DNA of 64,000 bases from an uncultured Alphaproteobacteria bacterium (GTDB lineage: Bacteria > Pseudomonadota > Alphaproteobacteria > ATCC43930 > CGMCC-115725), in the NCBI GenBank assembly GCA_963712825.1, contig CAVQJP010000022.1:927-64926 (forward strand). The letters run 5' to 3'. Positions 27,397 to 37,069 of the stretch are shown one piece after another. Below the pieces are notes generated by a model. It was not told the origin of the DNA. It saw only the letters and a list, made by a program, of their open reading frames with translations, and did not search any database. Numbering within the stretch: the stretch's first letter is position 1; each line of letters opens with the position of its first letter. A program made the translations under genes and the position numbers.

Positions 27397-30330
27397 ATCG
27401 TGCGCGGGGTCAGCGCATTCGAGCGGAAGGCATTTTTGATCATGTCATGGATCATCTGTTTGCCGCCGTTCGACTGAAACCAGCGGTGAAACGACGGCCC
27501 ATCGAGTATGTTGGCGCCTTCATTGTGCAGGTGAACGTGCGTTTCGCCGCCACTCGCGGGGTTTCCCGCGCCGCCGCCCCCGCGGATGAACTGCTGCATT
27601 CCTTGTGATATGTCCGGCGGCAGCACCATCTCGTTTTCGTGCAATTTGGCGAGGCCGGGGATGGCGACGCCACCCGCGGCGTAGCTGTGGATGCGATAGC
27701 TCGGCGCGCGCGGGACCGGCGGCATGATGCCGCCGTGGGCGAACCCGAACAGCGATCCGATGCCGCTGAACAACCCGCCGCCGGCGGCACCGACCCCGCC
27801 CGAGAAATCCTGGTCCGCCGACCCCGAGACGCCGCCGAAGAGCGAGCCGATCAGCGGCAGGCTGCCGAGAAAGCTGCCGATGCCGCCGGCAGCACCGGCC
27901 GCACTACCAACCCCGCCGGCGAGCGAGGCGGCACCGCCAGTGCTGGCCGAGCCGGCGAACACGCCGACCGCGGTGCTGAATGTCCCGACCGAGGTGGCAA
28001 ACGTCGCCCCGCTGGTGTCGCTCGCGACCGCGCCAATGCCGGTGCCAAAGAGGCCGCCCGGACCGCCGACGCCGATCGACTTCATCAGCCCTTCGCCGAG
28101 CGACTTGGTGCCCGAGCCGAAGAGCGCCGAGGTCAGCGAGGTTTCGATCCCGGCCCCGACCTCGTGCACGCCCGACCCGATCAGCCCGCGCACCGCTTCC
28201 TGCTCGGCCCGCGCCGCCGTCGTCTGCCGGGTCAGCAACCCGGTCGCGGCGCTCTCGAGCGACGAGCCCAAGGTGTCGAGCGGCTTGGCAAAGGTCTCGG
28301 CCATCTTGTCCGAGGCGCGGTCCGCGGCCTCGGTCATCTGGCGCATGACATTCTGATACTGCGTCGACTGCTCGCCAAAGAGCGCCTTGGCGCGGTTCGC
28401 CCAGTCCTGGTAGATCGCCAGCACCTGCGCCGTGCTGCCCTGCGCCACCGCGATCTTGTCGCGCTCGGCGGCGGCGAACTCCTCATAGGCTTGGCGGCTC
28501 GCCTCGGCGAGTGCGCGCGCCTGCGCTCGCGCCTCGCGCTGCGCCGCCTCGGTCATCTGCCGCATCACGTTGGCATATTCGCGGCTGGTCTCGCCAAACT
28601 GCGCCTTCGCCCGCGCCGCCCATTCCTGGTAGATCGCCTGGATCTGGGTTCCGCTGCCCTCGGCGGCCGCGACCTTCTCGCGCTCGCCGGCGGCGAAATC
28701 CTCGTACTGGCTGCGCGCCTCGGCGCCGCCGCCGCGTTGTGCCGCAGCACTCGGTTCCTTGGCGGCCCGGCCGCCGCCGCGCCCGCCGCCGCCGCGCAGA
28801 TCGGCCGCCATCAGCTCGGCCTTTTTGCGCGCGAGATCGGCCTCGACCGCAAGCCGCTGCGAGGCAGTCAGCTTTTCGTTCGACAGCTCCTGGCTCAGGA
28901 CGCCGATATCGGCCTGCAATTCGCCCTGGTGCAGGTCCTTCAAATTCTTGGCGTGCGCGGCGGCGGCGTTCTCCGCCTCGGCCATGCGCGCGCGCAACTG
29001 CTCGCCTTCGGTCGGCCCCTTCGCCCCGCCGCTGAAATCCTTGTCCTGGGCGTGGAGCTGCTTGTCGATTTGGGCGGCGCGCTCGTTGTAATAGTCGATA
29101 GCGTTGCGCGTCGCGTCATTGGCTTTAATCGTGCCGCCGGCGATCTGGTCGGTTATCTCCTTGATCCTGGCGAGATAGCCGGCGCGCTCGTTTTGCAGCT
29201 TGTTGCCTTCGGCGATGTCGATATTCGCCCGCATCTCACCGGCCGATGGCATCGTCAAGGGGCCCGGCAGCCTCGGATGCTCTTGCGATTGGATGTAGGC
29301 GCCTTCCGCCGCTTCCGCGGGCATGCCGGGCTGCACCATGGCGATCCCAGTGTTGCCCTGCGCGGTCAATGCCGCCTGAGCAGCCTTGTAGCGCTCGGCC
29401 AGGCCGCCGGCGAGCAGATTGCCGGCCTCTTCGGTGTTGCCGGCAGCCGCCGCTTTGGCGAAATCCTGATACGCCTGCCCGGTCAAGAGCCGGTTTTCGT
29501 CGACCAGCTTTTTCATCGACGACACCGAGCCGAACATCCGCTCGATCCCTTTGGCGGCTTCGCCGTAATCGCCGCCGAATTGGATCGCCGTCCACGCCTG
29601 GCTCACTTCGAGCAGGCTCTGCTTCGCCTTCTCGGCCAGGTTCGGGACACCTTCGAGCGCGGCGGCGAATGGGAGTGCCGTGCCCTCGCCGACCCCGAGC
29701 CGCCCGAGTTGATCTCCCATCGCCTTGGTGTTGGCCTCGGCGACGGCCATGTTGCGACCACTGACCAGCGCCGCATTGTAAGCCCCGCTCAAAGCCGCCT
29801 CGGCCGCCCGCGCGGCAAGCTCGACGTAATAGAGGGCGCCCCCCAGCGCTACCGCGCCGGTCACGGCGATGCCGAACGGCCCTTTCAACGCCGCGATCGC
29901 GGTGCCGAGATAGCCCGAGTTCGCGCGCCGCGGCGACCAGGGAGCCGACCATCGCCCCGCGCGCGCCACGGCTGAACTCGTCGATCAGCGCAATCCCGTG
30001 GCGCAATTCCACGCCGAGATTGCGCGAGGCGCCTTCCATCGACTTGAGGCCGGCGGCCGCCGCCTCGGCACCGCCGCGGCTGGCCCCGAGCGCCGCCTCG
30101 GATTCCTGCGCCGACGACGCCATGCCCGCGAGCTGCGCCCGCGTCTGGCCGATTTGCGCGGTCAGCGCCGCCGCCTTGGCGCGCAGATCGTCGGTCGCAC
30201 CCCCCATCGCGATCATCTGCGAGCGGACAGCGCCCAGCTCGCTCTTGAGCTGATCGAGACGCGCCTTGACCGCATCGACGCCGCCGGTGTCGGCGGTGAC
30301 CCGGATTTCTACCGATGGTCCGTCCGGCAT
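27393..30330 (-). CDS. phage tail tape-measure-like protein, one frameshift near 29935
   Basis: The N-terminus 'MPDGPSVEIRVTADTGGVDAVKARLDQLKSEL...' is in ORF 29236-30330. After 'GAMVGSLV' the sequence continues in ORF 27393-29969. It is long, Ala/Gln/Glu-rich and helical, has an internal ~65-aa duplication and a Gly-rich C-terminus. About 975 aa in total. Confidence 0.6.
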
Positions 30331-30388
30331 CTCAGTTCACTTCCCCCAAAAACGCGAAGCGCTGCCAAATGGCAGCGCCTCACTCACC

Positions 30389-30865
30389 CTATGCGCTGAC
30401 CGCGCCGAGCTGCGCCGAGCTGATGACGCCCGGCGCGACGCAAAAGTATTGGCAGCGCTTGGCATTGGTCAGCGGGACGCCGGTGGCGCCGGCGACGCCG
30501 TCGATCGTCATCGTTCCCGGCGCATAGACGGTGCAGACGTTCGCCCCGCCATTAAAGACGAGCTGAAACTGCCCCGGCAGCAACGCCGCCAACTCGACGC
30601 CGGCGCCGCTCGGAACAGTGGCGAGCAGGTTGAGCTGGGCGGTCAGGGCCGGCGCGGTCGCGCGGGTCGTGCCGGCAGCGCTCAATCCGTTCGCGACCGG
30701 AAAAAACGGTTCGACGACATAGCCGCACTCCGCGGCAGCGTTGATATCGCGAAGGTCGACCGTGACCGAATTATCGGAATTCGCTTCGACGGTGCCGCTG
30801 TTCGGGAGCCCAAGCCCTCCTACCGGGACTGTTCCCGGCAACGGCCGCACATTGATTTCCGGCAT
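30389..30865 (-). CDS. hypothetical phage structural-region protein
   Basis: Internal Met 'MPEINVRPLPGTVPVGGLGLPNSG...' preceded by a GGGGAGA RBS. 158 aa. Confidence 0.45.
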   Translation of the reverse strand: MPEINVRPLPGTVPVGGLGLPNSGTVEANSDNSVTVDLRDINAAAECGYVVEPFFPVANGLSAAGTTRATAPALTAQLNLLATVPSGAGVELAALLPGQFQLVFNGGANVCTVYAPGTMTIDGVAGATGVPLTNAKRCQYFCVAPGVISSAQLGAVSA

Positions 30866-30938
30866 TGGTTTCGTCTCCCCAATAAGGCCGCCAGACGCGA
30901 CCGCAATGAAAGCTGCCCGGTTGGCCGCTGGAAGGATG

Positions 30939-31373
30939 TTAAGGGCTCGGCGGCGCGTATTCAGCACGCACTGCGGCTACCCGGCGTTCGCACTCCGCCT
31001 TCAACCGCGCTCGCTCGCGTTTGACGAAATCCAGCTCGTAAAAGCCATGACTTTGGACTTCGCCGAGCATGGCGCGGGGTATGACGCAAACCCCGTCCGC
31101 ATCGGGCTCATAACCGCCCACACCGCCCGCGCCGCCTTCCGTGATCCGACTGACGGGCACCAAGTCGTCGTAGTCGACAGGCTCCGGCGACGGTTTCGGG
31201 CTCGCGTCGAGAAAGCCGCCCACTCGCATCAGCCCGAAGGCGACATGACGCGGCACATCAACCATCAGCCGCCCGTCGCTGCGGCGATACGGTTCATAGT
31301 TGAATTGCCTGTGCGAGATCGGCGCCTCCTCGGCGCCCGGCGGGCAGAACAGTGTCATCAGAAACCGGCTCAT
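30939..31373 (-). CDS. hypothetical phage protein
   Basis: 144-aa ORF in the same co-directional block. No recognisable motif. Confidence 0.4.
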   Translation of the reverse strand: MSRFLMTLFCPPGAEEAPISHRQFNYEPYRRSDGRLMVDVPRHVAFGLMRVGGFLDASPKPSPEPVDYDDLVPVSRITEGGAGGVGGYEPDADGVCVIPRAMLGEVQSHGFYELDFVKRERARLKAECERRVAAVRAEYAPPSP

Positions 31374-31639
31374 AGTTTTTCAACCTCCATCGCGCGGCAC
31401 GGGCCGGTTGCCGACAACCGGCTTCGGCTGCGGCATCACACCGCCGCCGGGAAGTGGAATGCGGTCAGCCATTACGTCCTCCGTTGCGGCTGCGGCCGAT
31501 CAGTTGTCGCGGGCCGCAGGTTGCGCCAGCGTCTCGCGGATCGACCCCATTGCGCGGTCGAATTCGGCTTGCTGCCGCTGCTGTGGCGATACCGGCGGGG
31601 CGGGCCTCGCGTTGCTGCCATTTGGCAGTTGATCGCGGT

Positions 31640-32266
31640 TCATTTGAATTCGCCGCCGCGGCGGATCGGATTGCCGCTGCCGTTGTTGGCGCGGGCTGCC
31701 GACCACCGCAGAAAATCCCGCCCCCCAGAGGCCGGCCCTGCCGCCAGCGTCGACTTGATCGTGATCAGCGCGCGTTCCGCCGGCGTCATTTTCTCCCATG
31801 CCGCGCTGACCTCAGCCGCGCTGACCACGCGGCCCGGCGTCGTGCCGTAATATTTATGGATTGCATTAGTCATTGACATTTCCGCTTCACTCCTCTTGTA
31901 AATCACCGCGATTGTTTGGGGTGATGCTGACGAATACTTGTTGAGAGGTCGATCGACCAGGGTAACCGTCTGGACCTCACCGCCAGCCACATCGATTTCG
32001 AGCTGCAGCCCCTTGAAGACCCTTTCGGCTGTCAGCAACGCAGCACGCGCGCCGGTCACGATCGCATGCAGGGTCGTGCGGCCCGCGGCTGAGACGACAC
32101 TCAAAAGACGCCCGGCAATATCTTCACGCCCCATTTCGGCCAGGCTCGCGCCGGCAGCGCGCTCCAGCGCGGCAACAGTCATCGGATGGCTGACAATCGT
32201 CGCCTCGATCAGCAGCCCGCCCCGCTCGCGCTGGGTGCGATCGATCGATGCATAGACCGCCGTCAT
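31640..32266 (-). CDS. hypothetical phage protein
   Basis: 208-aa ORF. ATGA overlaps link it to the upstream gene and to a possible 47-aa downstream ORF (31500-31643). Confidence 0.4.
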   Translation of the reverse strand: MTAVYASIDRTQRERGGLLIEATIVSHPMTVAALERAAGASLAEMGREDIAGRLLSVVSAAGRTTLHAIVTGARAALLTAERVFKGLQLEIDVAGGEVQTVTLVDRPLNKYSSASPQTIAVIYKRSEAEMSMTNAIHKYYGTTPGRVVSAAEVSAAWEKMTPAERALITIKSTLAAGPASGGRDFLRWSAARANNGSGNPIRRGGEFK

Positions 32267-32550
32267 GGCGACAGCCCAAACCGGCGGTTGACGGCCTCGG
32301 CCAGGCGCGCACGATCTGCCGCGCCAGAGAAGGCTTGGATCAGGCGACCGCCGGCCGCTGCATCGTAGCGCGACCCATCCGCTGGGATCGCGGGCTCATA
32401 CGCGCCAAGCGGGGCGGTCGCGACGATGCCCTCGATCCGCGACGCCAACGCGTTGACCCGACGCTCGATCTCCCGAACTTGGCGGATCATCTCGGCGCGA
32501 TGCGCGAGCTGGCGCTGCCGCCCGCGGACAAGATGCTCGACGGCGCTCAT
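32263..32550 (-). CDS. hypothetical phage protein
   Basis: 95-aa ORF that overlaps both neighbours by 4 nt. Confidence 0.4.
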   Translation of the reverse strand: MSAVEHLVRGRQRQLAHRAEMIRQVREIERRVNALASRIEGIVATAPLGAYEPAIPADGSRYDAAAGGRLIQAFSGAADRARLAEAVNRRFGLSP

Positions 32551-33233
32551 TTCAATTCGGCGTGCGGGTCAGCGCGCAGCCGGGCAAGAAAGCGTGCGCC
32601 AATGTCCGAATTTCGCGGAAGTCCGAACTCCTTTGCGGCGCGAAGTCTGTTGTGTATTTGGTCCGCAGTGCCCGGACCTCCCGGCGAGGAATACAGAGTG
32701 CTGATCAAGCTGACGATCACCAGCTCAGTTTCGAGGAGGGCTCTCAGGCGCGCCGAATATTCGGCGGCGATGTAGGCAATGCCCACCTCCAATGCCACCC
32801 GGTAAAACACGTCTTCCCGCGCGGCGAAGACAGCGGCGACTTGACGTGAGGCTGCGAGGGACGCCTGTTCGAGCTCTGGATGGATTTTTTCGACCGCGGC
32901 GGCATCTTGCGCCAGCGCAATGATCCGCCGCTCGACGGCAAGCAATTCCTCGCCGGGCTCCGGCCGCGCACCGGCGCCGCCGCTGGTCAGCCATTGTCCG
33001 AGATCGATATCAAAGGCGGCTTTTAACTTCGTATGCTTTTCCTGCGCCGCGACCAGGTCGCCCTTAACTCGTGCGGCGCGGTTTGCCGGCTCTTGCAGCT
33101 TGGCGGCCTCCGCCGCTGCGGCCTCGCAGGCGGCATTGGCTGCAGCCAAGGCCGCCCGTGCGGCAGCCAATGGTTCGGAAGGGGCCGCCGACGCCATGCC
33201 GGAAGCCTCACGCAATGCGACGACAGCACTCAT
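32547..33233 (-). CDS. hypothetical coiled-coil phage protein
   Basis: Internal Met 'MSAVVALREASGMASAAPSEPLAAARAALAAANAA...'. 228 aa, Ala-rich and helical. Confidence 0.4.
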   Translation of the reverse strand: MSAVVALREASGMASAAPSEPLAAARAALAAANAACEAAAAEAAKLQEPANRAARVKGDLVAAQEKHTKLKAAFDIDLGQWLTSGGAGARPEPGEELLAVERRIIALAQDAAAVEKIHPELEQASLAASRQVAAVFAAREDVFYRVALEVGIAYIAAEYSARLRALLETELVIVSLISTLYSSPGGPGTADQIHNRLRAAKEFGLPRNSDIGARFLARLRADPHAELK

Positions 33234-33770
33234 GGTGATCACCTTTTCCGAAAAAGGGGTTACAATTTTTTTTGTGAGCGGCGCGGGCGGGTAATGCGAT
33301 CCCGGACGCACAATCCCCGATAGGTACCATCAAAAATAATACAGGCGACGGTCGCTTGGTCATCCCGCCCCGATTGCCGCGCCGCCACGGCAGACGCCGC
33401 ACAGCAATCACGACGCGCCCCAATAAAGGATCTGCCATTAGAGCTTGCCCACGCGACAGGCGCGGAACAGCCCTGCAAATCCTGCCATATGGCCATTTGG
33501 CAGGTTTTTGCCGCCTTGGCAGCACGCGGCCGGCGCCGCTCAGCTATTCCGACGCCCCGCCCCATGATGGAGTGCCGCCAATGAAGCGTGCAGAGAAGGC
33601 TACTGGCGCGGCTGTAGGCCGCCGGCGGCCCGATCGCGTCAGCGCCGCTAACTGCCAATAGCCGGTTTTCGGCATTGGCGAGCGCGACGCCAATTCGCGC
33701 TGATACCCGCAGCTCCCCATCACCTTCACTATGTCCGCTGCCAAGTGGCAGCCGGACGCCGACGTGACGC

Positions 33771-33890
33771 GTTGTTGCAATAGACCTTGCCTTCATGCAA
33801 CGGACGCGGAGATACCATGCAATGTTGCATAAGGATAGGTTTTGATATTTTGCAACGTCTGTTGCATAACCTCTAGGTTGCCTGCACAAC
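33771..33890. promoter_or_regulatory. res-like cluster of TGCAAC/GTTGCA inverted repeats upstream of the serine recombinase
   Basis: GTTGCAA at 33774-33780, TGCAAC at 33796-33801, TGCAA-TG-TTGCA at 33818-33829, TGCAAC-GTCT-GTTGCA at 33851-33866 and a degenerate copy at 33877-33890. The region is AT-richer than its surroundings. Confidence 0.45.
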
Positions 33891-33901
33891 AGGAGGCGGA
33901 C

Positions 33902-34477
33902 ATGAACATCGGTTACGCGCGCACGTCGACCGTCGATCAGAAGGCCGGGTTTGACGCGCAAATCCGTGATTTGAAGGCGGCCGGCTGCTGCGAACGCGAT
34001 ATCTACCGCGAGCAGGTTTCGAGTGTCGCTGAGCGACCGGAATTGGAATTGGTGCTCGACCGCATCCTGCGGCCAGGCGACGTGCTGATCGTCACCAAGC
34101 TCGATCGGCTGGCGCGTTCGGTCGCCGACCTGGTCACGATCACGGCGCGGCTGAAAGCGTTGGGCGCGGCGTTGAAGGTCTTGGACAGCCCAATCGACAT
34201 GACCAGCCCCTCTGGCGAGCTGATCCTGCACGTGCTCGGCGCTGTGGCGCAATTCGAGCGCGAGATCATGCTGGCGCGCCAAAAAGAAGGGATTGCGGCC
34301 GCGAAGGCCGAAGGCAAATACAAAGGGCGCGCGCCCACCGTGCGGGCGCAAGCAGCCGATATCGTCCGGCTGAAAGGCGAAGGCCTCAGCAATGCCGAAA
34401 TCGCGCGCCGGCTTGGCGTGCACCGTGCTAATGTCGGACGCGTGCTCGCGACCGCCAGCTCGGCCGCCGCCGGCTGA
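33902..34477 (+). CDS. serine recombinase (resolvase/invertase family)
   Basis: 'MNIGYARTSTVDQ' contains the catalytic Ser. 'VTKLDRLARS', 'FEREIMLARQKEGI' and a C-terminal HTH 'LSNAEIARRLGVHRANVGRVL' are present. An AGGAGG RBS precedes ATG 33902. Confidence 0.9.
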   Translation: MNIGYARTSTVDQKAGFDAQIRDLKAAGCCERDIYREQVSSVAERPELELVLDRILRPGDVLIVTKLDRLARSVADLVTITARLKALGAALKVLDSPIDMTSPSGELILHVLGAVAQFEREIMLARQKEGIAAAKAEGKYKGRAPTVRAQAADIVRLKGEGLSNAEIARRLGVHRANVGRVLATASSAAAG

Positions 34478-34510
34478 CCGCCGCACGAACCCCACGCCTT
34501 CGTTTAGACC

Positions 34511-34672
34511 GAAGGCAAATACACCGGCCGGCAGCCGACAGCCCGCGCCAAGGCCGCCGAGGTTCGCCGGCTCGCGGCCGAAGGTGTCAGCAAGGCCGAG
34601 ATCGCCCGGCTCTTGGCCGCCGACAGCTTGAATTCCGAGATGGCCGCCCTCCGCGCGCAACCGCACGACTGA
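34511..34672 (+). pseudogene. relic of a second resolvase C-terminal HTH
   Basis: 'EGKYTGRQPTARAKAAEVRRLAAEGVSKAEIARLL' parallels 'EGKYKGRAPTVRAQAADIVRLKGEGLSNAEIARRL' of the intact gene 34 nt upstream. No catalytic domain. Confidence 0.5.
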
Positions 34673-35075
34673 TCGCCGCGCCACCGCCCCAGCGCCGGCC
34701 CACGTCGACGATCGCGCGAGCCCCGCGACTTCACCGGGTAAAAAGGCTGGGCGAGCACCGGGCGGCAGCGCCACGCGGCGTGAAATGCTCAAACTGAGTA
34801 CATCACCCAATATTTAATTATTTGGGAAGGATCGCCTTCAAAGACTGATGAAACGCCAACGCGTTGAGGCCGATAGCGGCACCCTGCGCGGCATCCTTGG
34901 TATATTCGTATCGGGGCATTCGGAATGATCGGATGCTTAGCCGCGCTCTCTGAACGGATGCTCCGTTTAGGTGCTACACGCGTACGCACGCGCGCACACA
35001 CGATAGCCGTTAACCTGAGCACCCGTTCGGTTCCGTGCGCAGAACCATCCGAAGCTTTCGGGCGCTGCGCCGTCA

Positions 35076-35582
35076 TCATCCACCGCCGCCGTCGGTCACG
35101 GCTGAAACGTCAGAACCACCAGTAGCCGCAGTTTTGAGGGCAATCCCACGGAAACCCTGGCGCCGCGTCCACGGATCACGCCACCGCTTCACCCCCAAAC
35201 CCCGCAGCCGCAGCGCGAATACGCGCACGCTCGCGGTGTACAATTGCTGTGTCGCGAGCCAAGTGCTGAAGTCGGCGTGCAAGTCGAGCGTCAGCGCGGT
35301 CAATGCCGGCTCCATGACGCAACGAGCGGCAATCCAACTAGTGACGGATGCTGCGACCGGATCAGCTGCGATCGCCTCTACAACGCGCCGCAGCGCCCGG
35401 GCGCGATTAGCGTCGACCGTGAGCACCACCACCGCAGACATTCGCGCCTCGGGACCGAGGCCGCGCCGCCGCGCCCATTCGAGCGCACCCGCACCAACCC
35501 GCTCCCCCACCTCACCCGCCGCCGAGCCGCAGACAACCCCGACGTATTCGGCCGGCGCCGGGGCTTCCTTACTCACACTCAC
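35076..35582 (-). CDS. hypothetical protein resembling the C-terminal end of P4-type primase/helicase proteins
   Basis: 168-aa ORF. 'WIAARCVMEPALTALTLDLHADFSTWLATQQLYTASVRVFALRLRGLG' follows the pattern of the cargo-recognition tail of P4-like primases. No primase or helicase motifs are present. Confidence 0.4.
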   Translation of the reverse strand: MSVSKEAPAPAEYVGVVCGSAAGEVGERVGAGALEWARRRGLGPEARMSAVVVLTVDANRARALRRVVEAIAADPVAASVTSWIAARCVMEPALTALTLDLHADFSTWLATQQLYTASVRVFALRLRGLGVKRWRDPWTRRQGFRGIALKTAATGGSDVSAVTDGGGG

Positions 35583-35618
35583 ACCCTCGGCCCTGGCAAC
35601 GGGTTGCCTTTAAGCGCT

Positions 35619-35834
35619 TCAAGATCCCTCGTACGGGACGCGGGCGGCGCGGGAACCTGGGCCCCCGATCTTAACCAGCCGAATACGCCGTTCTGAAACG
35701 AGCTCATAAAACCGTGTGCGGCCAATGCTGATCGCTGCACACGCTTGCGGCACCGTTACCAAGATAGGCTTGGGAGCCTCATCGCTTACACTCACCCTCA
35801 CATCTCGCATCCTCTTGTTCGAGAACGAACCCAA
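35619..35834 (-). CDS. excisionase/AlpA-type HTH DNA-binding protein
   Basis: 'ISIGRTRFYELVSERRIRLVKIG...RVPYE' is the MerR-like excisionase HTH. The start could be the internal Met at 35810. Confidence 0.65.
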   Translation of the reverse strand: MGSFSNKRMRDVRVSVSDEAPKPILVTVPQACAAISIGRTRFYELVSERRIRLVKIGGPGSRAARVPYEGS

Positions 35835-35916
35835 CGAACAAGAGCGAGCGTCTCCGAGCGAAGGTGTCTATGTCATTGAAATTAGTTAGATTTTGTAAGA
35901 CTGAGTAGGATTGATT

Positions 35917-36966
35917 TTAACCAGTGTGTCGCTCTTTTTGATAGAGGTTCCGCAGCCCTGTCGCGCAGCTTTCGGCCGAGCCCGTGCCCGGCACCCTCCC
36001 TTCGCGCGCAAGCTGCAAACACACCGCAGAAAGGGAGGACCTTTCCGTTGCCATTATACGGTCTATCTCCGGAAACAGCGCTCGACGATCGGCATCGAAG
36101 CGCCTTACGCGGCCGGGCTTCGGCCCATGGGTTCGCGCTATGCGCGGTCTCTCTGGCACCGCCGGCGGCGCCGCGTCAGCGGCGGCGAGCGCTGCAGCTC
36201 CCTTGGATTTCGCCGGCACCGCTTCCGCTTCGCCAGCCGCCAGAGCAGCCACCGCTGCCGCTCCATCAGGTTCCGACGCCGGCGCACCCGCTTCCGCCGC
36301 GCCGCGTGGCGCCGACGCGGTCACCGCGTCCTTTTCGACCTCGCAAATTTCGGCATCCTGTAAAATGGAGCCGTCGAGAAATTCGACACTACCGCGCGCG
36401 AAATCAAAGCCCCGCGCAGCGACCTCACCTGATCGCGTCACCAGCTCGCCGGTTACGCTGCGGCCAGTGATCACAAGATCGCCCGAACTAAGCCGAGCGC
36501 GCAAATCCAACTCTACGTGCTGCACCTTTTCGAGGTATTCGATCATCTCTTTAACAGGCCAAAACGTGATCCTGATGCTCCCCGGCCATCTGAACCAAAG
36601 CTTTTGCCAATGATCTATCGTCTCCCGCACAAGCCCTACCGGCCGGTTATCTGCTGCGCGCCCGTATTCGACCACCAGGTGTTCAGCGAGCACGCCGAAT
36701 TCTAGCGCCTCATCCCGCAGCTCCGCGGCGATCTCCAATTGTCGCCGCACCGCCGAGCCATCAACAGCGCCAATTATCCACGCCGTCAGCTTGTTGCGGA
36801 ACCTATACGCGCCAGGCGGCCCCTTCGCTGCTGCTGCCGGCGGCCCTCCATAAAGTTCCAGCCATTCCAGAAAAGTCGGCACGGGCGCACCCTTGCGATG
36901 CGTGTCCCTGCGGAAAAAAGAAGGCGGCGCGGCAGCTCGCGCAGGGTGCGAGCGATCGGCGGCCAA
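35917..36966 (-). CDS. hypothetical protein of the integrative module
   Basis: 349-aa ORF between integrase and excisionase, with an Ala-rich low-complexity linker and a basic C-terminal segment. No recognisable motif. Confidence 0.45.
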   Translation of the reverse strand: MAADRSHPARAAAPPSFFRRDTHRKGAPVPTFLEWLELYGGPPAAAAKGPPGAYRFRNKLTAWIIGAVDGSAVRRQLEIAAELRDEALEFGVLAEHLVVEYGRAADNRPVGLVRETIDHWQKLWFRWPGSIRITFWPVKEMIEYLEKVQHVELDLRARLSSGDLVITGRSVTGELVTRSGEVAARGFDFARGSVEFLDGSILQDAEICEVEKDAVTASAPRGAAEAGAPASEPDGAAAVAALAAGEAEAVPAKSKGAAALAAADAAPPAVPERPRIARTHGPKPGRVRRFDADRRALFPEIDRIMATERSSLSAVCLQLAREGRVPGTGSAESCATGLRNLYQKERHTG

Positions 36967-37069
36967 ACCCAGCCGCGCCGAAAAGGATCATACCTTCAAG
37001 CGTTCCATCCACAGACCAAACAGCACTTGCCGGCGAATTTCTTGGGAAGGAACCTAAGCGCGGGGGGCG

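Noticed and set aside
27639-29975. A 778-aa plus-strand ORF opposite the tape-measure gene. The same applies to 42599-44683 (-), 33260-34810 (-), 58029-59684 (+), 6443-8353 (+), 2726-4246 (+), 9946-11004 (-) and 15237-16760 (-).
   Set aside because: All are antisense shadows of well-supported genes. They have extreme Arg/Pro/Ala/Gly content and no recognisable domains.
33496-33512. A sigma-54 promoter, 'TTGGCAGGTTTTTGCC'.
   Set aside because: The spacing between the GG and GC elements is one nucleotide shorter than the TGGCAC-N5-TTGC consensus. No downstream co-oriented gene or enhancer-binding protein is evident.
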